Shown here: positions 1 to 6,430 of the stretch, piece after piece
Numbering within the stretch: the first letter of the stretch is position 1
Layout of the letters: the number at the start of each line of letters is the position of its first letter
Assembly: GCA_014728035.1 (NCBI GenBank)
Contig: WJMJ01000044.1
Location: 1 to 12,258, forward strand
Direction: 5' to 3'
From: Promethearchaeota archaeon
GTDB taxonomy: Archaea > Asgardarchaeota > Thorarchaeia > Thorarchaeales > Thorarchaeaceae
Length of the DNA stretch: 12,258 nt
Position numbers and translations under genes: made by a program
Notes under the pieces: model-generated
What the model was told of the DNA's origin: nothing
What the model saw: only the letters and a program-made list of their open reading frames with translations
Databases searched by the model: none

Positions 1-71
1 ACATGTCCACAATACGGACACTCACTATCATTCTCATCAATATTTGCTCCGCATCCTTCGCAGCTTACCAT
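1..71 (-). CDS. Zinc-ribbon domain protein, 5' end only (runs off the left edge)
   Basis: Manual translation from ATG at 71 on the minus strand gives MVSCEGCGANIDENDSECPYCGH, with two CxxC knuckles. A GAGGT SD-like motif lies 7 nt upstream. Not in the ORF track because it is truncated. Confidence 0.85.
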   Translation of the reverse strand, partial: MVSCEGCGANIDENDSECPYCGH

Positions 72-251
72 TGCAATTACCTCTTTGGATACTAAATCTA
101 AATGTTATAAACTGGCCCGTTTTATTTTGGCGTCACAATAAACCTAATCAACTAGAAACATACCTTCTTGGATTTTGCATAATCAATTCAACTTGGTAAA
201 GTATTAATTTCTACTTCTTCAGCATATTGAAAACCATATGATTATATTCTA

Positions 252-276
252 TTTAGGTAAAGCGAATTTTACTAAA
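252..276. promoter_or_regulatory. Imperfect palindrome in the divergent promoter region, candidate operator
   Basis: TTTAGGTAAAGCGAATTTTACTAAA is close to its own reverse complement. It lies about 45 nt upstream of the wHTH regulator start. A related GGTAAAG half-site occurs near 195. Confidence 0.35.
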
Positions 277-321
277 CTTCTTTTAACTGAGCATATTATA
301 TTCACTTAATTCAATGATATC

Positions 322-810
322 ATGGGAAAGAAATTGACTACTGAAAACGAAACATCAAGCGATTTGGAATCTGAAGTGTTTAAAACACTAAGCCATCAAA
401 CAAGAAGGGATATCCTCCGTTTCATTGGCGAATCAAAAACCGCAAAGTTCACTGAGATAAAGAAAGCAACTAATATTGATGAGAGCGCCTCTTTGTCATA
501 TCATCTCAATGCACTCTCTCCTCTACTGATACACGAAGAGGACGTATATCGTCTGTCAGATCTTGGGAAAGATGCATATTCTCTTATGGGTAAGATGGTG
601 GCTTACTCATCTTCCGTACAGAAACTAGGTATAATCAATGAGAAACTTGGTGCCACTATCATTGCTAATGCACTGATGTGGGCTTCTGCTATTGCCTATT
701 TGCAGGTAATGATGGGACCTCTTGAATTCTTGACAGTATCCGTGTTTCTATCCTTTTTTGTGGTGAGTAACATCATTTTGTACTCTAACGCAATTTATGC
801 GAGAAAATAA
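322..810 (+). CDS. ArsR-like winged helix-turn-helix regulator with two C-terminal transmembrane helices
   Basis: VFKTLSHQTRRDIL...FTEIKK...SLSYHLNAL...YRLSDLG is a typical archaeal ArsR/wHTH pattern. Hydrophobic segments TIIANALMWASAIAYLQV and FLTVSVFLSFFVVSNIILY are followed by a basic end (ARK). Confidence 0.85.
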   Translation: MGKKLTTENETSSDLESEVFKTLSHQTRRDILRFIGESKTAKFTEIKKATNIDESASLSYHLNALSPLLIHEEDVYRLSDLGKDAYSLMGKMVAYSSSVQKLGIINEKLGATIIANALMWASAIAYLQVMMGPLEFLTVSVFLSFFVVSNIILYSNAIYARK

Positions 811-897
811 CTCGACTCTGAAAGCTTTTCCCAACACGCAGGAACTTTTAATAGGAAAATTAAATATAGTTTATTTAGATACCGTGTAGATTGTGAT

Positions 898-1458
898 ATG
901 ATGAGTAAAGCAAAAGCTGGAATAGTATTGATTGTAATTGTTGGTGCATTGGCTCTGGTGCCGATTGCACTTTATGGAACTGAGGTAAATGTTGCCAAGG
1001 TCAATATGGGCCTGAACATCGGTGGTACTACTGCAATGACTGTTTCCGATGTTGGAGTACTTCAAATTCCAACCTTTACTGCGGGATTGAGCAGCGTAGA
1101 AATCAATGTGGAAAAAATGAATCCGTACTCCTATATGATTGAACGAAACACCGCACGAACTCAGGTCAGTAGTGAGGATTCAAGTGATCAAGCACTAGTT
1201 GAAATCTCAATCTTCTTCAATCTTACAACCCCCTCAAATAACTCCATTACTTTTACTCTAAATCCTGGAAGTCAAGGAACTGGTGAACATGAGGTTTCCA
1301 CATTAGTTGGCCCAGAAGAAGGACTTGCTACTGCTGGAGAATTTCACTTGACCATCACCATCACCATAAGGGTGACTCCGCCCGGATTTGATGAACCTGT
1401 TGTAGATTTGAATCTTAACCCAGTAAATCGGACATTTACTGTACCAGCTGCTGGTTAA
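898..1458 (+). CDS. Hypothetical membrane-anchored or secreted beta-rich protein
   Basis: Basic N-terminus (SKAKA) followed by a hydrophobic helix (GIVLIVIVGALALVPIALY). The rest is Thr/Ser/Val-rich with alternating beta-strand patterns (FHLTITITIRVT) and several N-x-S/T sequons (NLT, NNS, NRT). Confidence 0.75.
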   Translation: MMSKAKAGIVLIVIVGALALVPIALYGTEVNVAKVNMGLNIGGTTAMTVSDVGVLQIPTFTAGLSSVEINVEKMNPYSYMIERNTARTQVSSEDSSDQALVEISIFFNLTTPSNNSITFTLNPGSQGTGEHEVSTLVGPEEGLATAGEFHLTITITIRVTPPGFDEPVVDLNLNPVNRTFTVPAAG

Positions 1459-1620
1459 ATATATCTACAAATATTTTGAATGTGGCTGGTCGAATTATCC
1501 AGTTCTGACCTTCTCACACTCAATTTACTTTTCTTTTTCCATCTGATTGTTTTAGGTTGCAACAATTTTCTATGTTGAGTCTGGTAGAATGCACACAGGG
1601 ATAATCCAAATCGCCATCTG

Positions 1621-2754
1621 CTATTCTGAAATAATGATATCTCCTGTGTCGATTGATAACTCTTCATATCGAACTCTCTTTGAGCCCAATAGTAAATCAA
1701 CATCAGTGAATTTACATGGCAACGGTTTGTCTACTAGAAAGTGTGGCCCATCCATCAATTGATAGTGTAGATGAGAGTAGGTGGTTGCAGCTCCTGAAAA
1801 TCCGATTTTTCCAAGTAGCTGTCCCCTTCTAACTCGTTCTCCCACCGACACGACGATACTGTCTTTCATTAGATGAAAGAGATGGCTGAATTCGTGTTCA
1901 TTATGCTTTATGATGACATAGTTGCCTGCAATATCTTTGACTCGGTCTTCTTTAACTGATTTATCCATATCAAACCTTGATTCATAGAGGTCTTCTAAAT
2001 CTGATACAACATCAATTACTTCTCCGTCCGCAGGAGCATAGACTTCCGCTCCGTCGGTATAGAATTCTCTTGCATCCCGAAAATGAAAGTCATAGTTCTC
2101 CGAATATTCCTCTGGCGTCATAGATCGCGTATTACCATCCTCTCCCAACACGGAAAAATCGACTGAGAATCTACTAAAGTTTGATTTGAATTTGTTATCG
2201 GTGAACTGTCGAACTATAGTCATAGCAAATCGACGATGATGTGAATAGAAATCGTGACCGTCAAGAATCGTAAGAACTCCCTTCATAGGAAGAAATAGTC
2301 TGACTTCCTGCTTGTACTTTTTAGGAGTCACTAGGATATTTCCATAGTAGTATTCATTCCCCTCCGAATCGAAAAGAGTGAACATATACCGTAAATGTGC
2401 GATTGGTAGGTCTCGTGGAAATCTATGAAATGGATTGAATATGTCTAAGGTTTCATATCCCTCAATTTCAAACTTCCCGATTGTATGAATACCTGGTGTT
2501 CCTATCCCATTGTGGTTAACATGTCTATATGTCAATAGGTTTCCCGCTTTATCATATACCGCCATCTTGATGAAACGTATTGTAATCTTATGTTCTGTGA
2601 GGTTCTTGAGAATAAAATCAAAATTCAGATGAAGTGAATCTCTCCCTTCTTCAAAATACACAATATCAGGTTCAATCTTGATATCGACGACCTTCTCTTC
2701 TGATTCATGATCTGACAAAAAACCTGCAAGTCTTGGCAAGTATTCTGATTTCAT
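1621..2754 (-). CDS. M23 family metallopeptidase with an N-terminal beta-rich domain and no evident signal peptide
   Basis: VYAPADGEVIDV, GNYVIIKH...SHLFHL, VSVGERVRRGQLLGKIGFSG and the HLH motif (YSHLHYQL) are M23 signatures. A GAGGT SD-like motif lies upstream. Confidence 0.9.
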   Translation of the reverse strand: MKSEYLPRLAGFLSDHESEEKVVDIKIEPDIVYFEEGRDSLHLNFDFILKNLTEHKITIRFIKMAVYDKAGNLLTYRHVNHNGIGTPGIHTIGKFEIEGYETLDIFNPFHRFPRDLPIAHLRYMFTLFDSEGNEYYYGNILVTPKKYKQEVRLFLPMKGVLTILDGHDFYSHHRRFAMTIVRQFTDNKFKSNFSRFSVDFSVLGEDGNTRSMTPEEYSENYDFHFRDAREFYTDGAEVYAPADGEVIDVVSDLEDLYESRFDMDKSVKEDRVKDIAGNYVIIKHNEHEFSHLFHLMKDSIVVSVGERVRRGQLLGKIGFSGAATTYSHLHYQLMDGPHFLVDKPLPCKFTDVDLLLGSKRVRYEELSIDTGDIIISE

Positions 2755-2915
2755 TCGAACTCTGACCTCGTTTTTTTGTTAGTCAACATAGTCTAAAACC
2801 TATTCTTTTGTTATCCGTCTTATTGATTTTTGTTTGACGCCGAGTATGAACGATCAAAATCCCCCCCTGTCTGGTCTACACGTTCTTTGTTTCAGATTTT
2901 TCTAAATTTTGAAAA

Positions 2916-3833
2916 CTATGAATCATCGTTTGCTGTAGCTGCTTTTTGCAAACTGTCCCAGAATTCTTTTGGTGGATGACGCAAATCATAATCTACTCGA
3001 GTATCATGCATTACTCTTGAACAGTAAGGATCTCCCTGAGCAATGGTATGTTCCATAGTCAGGATGATACAGTTATGAAAATCTCTAGCATCTTCATAAT
3101 CACCATAACAACAGATGTAGTATTTTATCTCATCATCAGGAAGGTTATCAAGAGCTTTCATCCATGTGCAATTGACGTTCAGATATGCATATTTTCCATC
3201 TGAGACCATAGTGTGGATGACTTTCCAGCTTCCGTCTTCTTTTGCTTTCTTTCGCTCTTCATAGAGGGCTTTAAGGTCAACAAATGGTTGTCTTGGCAGA
3301 CTTCTGTTGGCAATTCTATAACTTGTTACGAACATTTTCCAGAGGTTAATTGCTTCTTCCCTTCCTAAAACTTCAATCAATGTCTGAAGGTTGTAATAAC
3401 GGGGATGCAAAATTGCGTAATGAACACCTCTCCAAACAATTGACACTTCTGTATACCAATCATCTTCCTTTGACACATTGAGAACTTGAATATAATAGTT
3501 CAAAGCCAACCTTGCTAGATTTGGGAACTGCAAGAGTGTCTTGCACTCTTTGATGAGCTGCTCCACTTCTAATCCTTTTTCCATAAAGTGATCTGAAAGT
3601 ACCAATTCACGGTATCTCTGTGTGAGCCCTTTCACAAAATCAGCTACATCTTCCGGTCTTACCTTTCTGATGAAATCAATAAGATAGTCCAATGGCTTCA
3701 GCACAAAGTCTTGAGTTCGATCTATTGGATTGAACTTCGTTGAAACTTCTAGTATATTATCCATAACTCGACCAGAAATGAAGAAATCCATTGTCATTTC
3801 TCCAGAGATTAATTTCTTTATAGGATTCCCCAA
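2916..3833 (-). CDS. L-2-amino-thiazoline-4-carboxylate hydrolase-like (ATC_hydrolase-like) Cys-rich domain protein with a helical N-terminal extension
   Basis: The C-terminal pattern VNCTWMKAL...YYICCYGD...LTMEHTIAQGDPYCS...HPPKEFW matches this family as I know it from Asgard genomes. The track start is TTG at 3833; ATG at 3797 or 3791, after GGAG, is at least as plausible. Confidence 0.7.
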   Translation of the reverse strand: MGNPIKKLISGEMTMDFFISGRVMDNILEVSTKFNPIDRTQDFVLKPLDYLIDFIRKVRPEDVADFVKGLTQRYRELVLSDHFMEKGLEVEQLIKECKTLLQFPNLARLALNYYIQVLNVSKEDDWYTEVSIVWRGVHYAILHPRYYNLQTLIEVLGREEAINLWKMFVTSYRIANRSLPRQPFVDLKALYEERKKAKEDGSWKVIHTMVSDGKYAYLNVNCTWMKALDNLPDDEIKYYICCYGDYEDARDFHNCIILTMEHTIAQGDPYCSRVMHDTRVDYDLRHPPKEFWDSLQKAATANDDS

Positions 3834-3939
3834 ATACTAATATTCCTTTTATTTCACGCAGCTGCATCTCAACTTTCAGGATAACAATAGCTAAAATGTA
3901 GATTTAATCTCTCCAGTTTGTTAGATAGCTCCTACAAGA

Positions 3940-5307
3940 TTATTCCCTCCTTCGCTTCAGATGGGATACTATCGCTACAATTGTCACTACACATAGTGGT
4001 ATAGCTACCAAGATGATTGTATTCATATCTAGATTATTCGCGGTAGGCTCCTCAATCAATTCTTGATAGGTTCCACCTCTAACAAGTCTGACAAAATTTT
4101 CAATCCTTCTTACATCTCCCTGTGGCCCAAATCCATGAGGATAGTCTGATGCATCGCCTGTTTTTGGATCACTACGCTGAGCTCCTGCTCCATGAACATC
4201 ATAGAGGACATATTCCCCACCTACCTCCATCCAGCCCAATGCCTCTCCAAATGCAATGTAGACCGCACCACTCGCATCAGGACCATCAAGATGAGTGGTA
4301 CTGGTCCAGTAGAAGCCATAGTTATCATTACCACCTTCATCGGTGATACGTGTACAGTTGAAAACTGAATTAATGGATGCTGAGTTCGTTATGTCTGGTG
4401 AACGTGAATAGTCCACGATACTTTGCAATTCTTTCGCATCAGGCAATCGCCAGTCATCATATCCAAGATAGTTCTCAGCATTCATCTGCTGAGCATAGGC
4501 CAGAGCATCCTCCCAGTTCATCCCTGTTACACTATCGTTTTTTGACCACATCAGTCCTGTTGTTTGATCCGATATGGTTCCATCTGCATTATCAGTAAAC
4601 TCATTGATTCCATACTGAGTATTACCTCGAACATAACGAATAAAGAATTTCTTCTCTTCTCCTCCTAGCATCTCTGTACTATATCCCTTGATTCGACCAT
4701 CTGCAAAATTCACACCAAATACTGTGTGATCTCCATCCATAGTCGTGCTTACATACTCAGTACTGGAGCACCATTGGGCATCGATGTATCTCTCTCCGAT
4801 TGACTCGTCACCATATTCGAATTCGAAGTAGTCTGTGTTGATATAGGGAGTGGAATCTTCTACCGACATTCCAGTTTTTCCATTGAAGTCGATCAGTGAA
4901 TAGAGTTCTTTAATGGTCGGAAGTCTCCAATCAGTATATCCTGCTAGGTCGAAAGTTTCTGCATTTGATAGCGCATCATCAAATACTACTTTTTCTTCAA
5001 CTGACTTTTGCCACATCAGTTTCGTATTCAAGTCTGTAACTGTGCCATCGCCATTATCTTGATAGTCCATTACAACAGTCTGATATTGAGCATCTTGACC
5101 AAAGAATTCATCATCTTCGCTAGGAAATGTAATCTCCTGAAGATTGTTATAACAATTTGTTTGCCCCGTGTCCATCACAGTATAGGTAATATTCTGTGTG
5201 GATGTTGCCAATATCTCCACATCATTTTGGAGTTCATTAGGAGATTCCCATATAGGTGACAGAAGAAGTAATGATGCTACAATTAGAAGCACTGGTATTC
5301 GGTTCAT
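3940..5307 (-). CDS. Cell-surface protein with two DUF1566 (Lcl C-terminal-like) domains, a signal peptide and a C-terminal TM anchor
   Basis: DTGQTNCY leader motif. Repeated DNGDGTVTDLNTKLMWQK / DNADGTISDQTTGLMWSK and GYTDWRLPTIKELYSL / GYDDWRLPDAKELQSI, with a closing FVRLVRGG. Hydrophobic N-terminal signal, and C-terminal IILVAIPLCVVTIVAIV followed by KRRRE. Confidence 0.9.
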   Translation of the reverse strand: MNRIPVLLIVASLLLLSPIWESPNELQNDVEILATSTQNITYTVMDTGQTNCYNNLQEITFPSEDDEFFGQDAQYQTVVMDYQDNGDGTVTDLNTKLMWQKSVEEKVVFDDALSNAETFDLAGYTDWRLPTIKELYSLIDFNGKTGMSVEDSTPYINTDYFEFEYGDESIGERYIDAQWCSSTEYVSTTMDGDHTVFGVNFADGRIKGYSTEMLGGEEKKFFIRYVRGNTQYGINEFTDNADGTISDQTTGLMWSKNDSVTGMNWEDALAYAQQMNAENYLGYDDWRLPDAKELQSIVDYSRSPDITNSASINSVFNCTRITDEGGNDNYGFYWTSTTHLDGPDASGAVYIAFGEALGWMEVGGEYVLYDVHGAGAQRSDPKTGDASDYPHGFGPQGDVRRIENFVRLVRGGTYQELIEEPTANNLDMNTIILVAIPLCVVTIVAIVSHLKRRRE

Positions 5308-5472
5308 ATCATCACATGTAGTCTTCTCAAAAATAAATAATAAAGAGATTCCAAAATCTCACCCAAATCATACCCAAATCTATTACCATTTTTTTGTCTT
5401 ATTGATAAGGTCCAAGCTACAAACATTTAAGGAAAGCACAATAGAAATTGTTGGCGTTTTTAGAAATGCTGT

Positions 5473-5478
5473 GGTGAT
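5473..5478 (+). promoter_or_regulatory. Shine-Dalgarno motif of rps26e
   Basis: GGTGAT lies 8 nt upstream of the GTG start and is complementary to the archaeal 16S rRNA 3' tail. Confidence 0.6.
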
Positions 5479-5486
5479 ATAGACCA

Positions 5487-5771
5487 GTGACGAAAAAGAG
5501 AAAATCCGGCGGCCGATCGAAAGGCAAGTCCGGTAACAAGGGAAGCGTTCAATGCACCAAATGTGGACGAATAGTTCCTGCAGATAAAGCAAAGAAATAT
5601 ACAAAATATAGCTCTGTGGTTGATCCCCAACTTGCAAGAGAGCTTAGAAAAGAGGGATCATACATTCACAGGAAAAGACTGACTGCATACTATTGTGTCA
5701 GTTGTGCGGTACATTCTGGTAAGGTTCACATTCGTCAAGAGTCACGCAGAAGAGAGACTCAAAGTCGTTAA
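5487..5771 (+). CDS. rps26e: 30S ribosomal protein eS26 (S26e)
   Basis: MTKKRKSGGRSK...VQCTKCGRIVPADKAKK...YYCVSCAVH matches the eS26 family, including both zinc-binding CxxC pairs. Very basic, 94 aa, GTG start. Confidence 0.97.
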   Translation: MTKKRKSGGRSKGKSGNKGSVQCTKCGRIVPADKAKKYTKYSSVVDPQLARELRKEGSYIHRKRLTAYYCVSCAVHSGKVHIRQESRRRETQSR

Positions 5772-5921
5772 AGCATGGACGAGTCTACTCTTCTAACAAG
5801 TCCCTCATTAGATGTATTCTATAGAGGATACTCCAGATACCAACTTTTCTAAAATGTAATCAATTTCATTGCTTATTTCACCACTTCATCTGTCACAAAA
5901 CAACTGCTAACCCAGAAGCGA

Positions 5922-5939
5922 AAAAGACAGCTTTTAAAA
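5922..5939 (+). promoter_or_regulatory. Candidate BRE/TATA promoter for the 4-TM protein gene
   Basis: Purine-rich AAAAGACAG followed by CTTTTAAAA, ending about 33 nt upstream of ATG 5972. Confidence 0.45.
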
Positions 5940-5971
5940 TGGAGATTAGTTGCAGATTGAAATGAAAGAAA

Positions 5972-6364
5972 ATGGCGGACATCTTAGCTGACATGACAAA
6001 AATTCTGTTTGTTTTGGGATTGCTTTTTATTATTATCAAGCTTTTTGGAAAGCGATCTTCTGGCTCATACAACCTACTCTATAATGTTCATAAAGCAGGT
6101 CCTGCTTTAGCCACGATTTTAGCTTTTGTACATGGGCTGTTAATCCCTCCAATCAACTCGGCTTATGTCTGGACTGGTTGGCTCTTTGGGCTGAACATGA
6201 TTCTTCTGATGGCTCTTGGCATCTATATGGGGTTCCAGAGTGAATGGATTCCCTTTGATGAGGAGCAGAATAGGAAGTATAGAATGCTTCGAATAATCAA
6301 GTGGATTCTAACCATTACAGTGATCGCTACACTTGGAATTCATTATCTTTTACCAACGGTATGA
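5972..6364 (+). CDS. Small 4-TM membrane protein, cytochrome b / ferric-reductase-TM-like
   Basis: Four hydrophobic helices. Helix 2 has H-x13-H (HKAGPALATILAFVH) and helix 4 has K-x13-H (KWILTITVIATLGIH), the spacing seen in heme-b-binding four-helix bundles. Confidence 0.6.
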   Translation: MADILADMTKILFVLGLLFIIIKLFGKRSSGSYNLLYNVHKAGPALATILAFVHGLLIPPINSAYVWTGWLFGLNMILLMALGIYMGFQSEWIPFDEEQNRKYRMLRIIKWILTITVIATLGIHYLLPTV

Positions 6365-6378
6365 AGTAGTCAAGTCAT

Positions 6379-6407
6379 ATTGATGGAATGAATCCTCTTC
6401 CATCAAT
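6379..6407. terminator. Hairpin between convergent genes, probably a bidirectional terminator or stability element
   Basis: Perfect 10-bp stem ATTGATGGAA / TTCCATCAAT with a 9-nt loop. A T-run follows on the + strand at about 6415-6419. Confidence 0.6.
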
Positions 6408-6430
6408 CTCACTCTTTTTGGCAAACTATT

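Noticed and set aside
861-877. Short inverted repeat TAAATA-N5-TATTTA upstream of the 898 gene
   Set aside because: Only 6 bp and entirely A/T in an AT-rich promoter region, so it is expected by chance.
898-990. Class III (pilin/archaellin) signal peptide in the 186-aa protein
   Set aside because: KAKAG-IVLIV does not fit the usual [KR][GA]-hydrophobic cleavage consensus well and has no +5 Glu. A plain membrane anchor is the simpler reading.
871-1703. Minus-strand ORFs 871-1065 and 1455-1703
   Set aside because: They overlap real genes, in antisense or in an alternative frame, and have no protein-like features.
3940-5307. DUF1566 gene as the target of a diversity-generating retroelement
   Set aside because: No reverse transcriptase ORF and no near-identical template/variable repeat pair are visible in the window. 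The two domains are an old, diverged duplication. A remote DGR cannot be excluded.
4122-5482. Short plus-strand ORFs at 4122, 4377, 5008 and 5198, including His-rich ones
   Set aside because: They are antisense shadows of the DUF1566 gene. The His richness comes from reverse-complemented GAT/GGT-rich codons.
6362-6410. TGA stop followed by a hairpin as a selenocysteine/SECIS signal
   Set aside because: The protein ends naturally after its last TM helix, in-frame TAG stops follow almost immediately, and the hairpin lacks the non-canonical GA quartet architecture.
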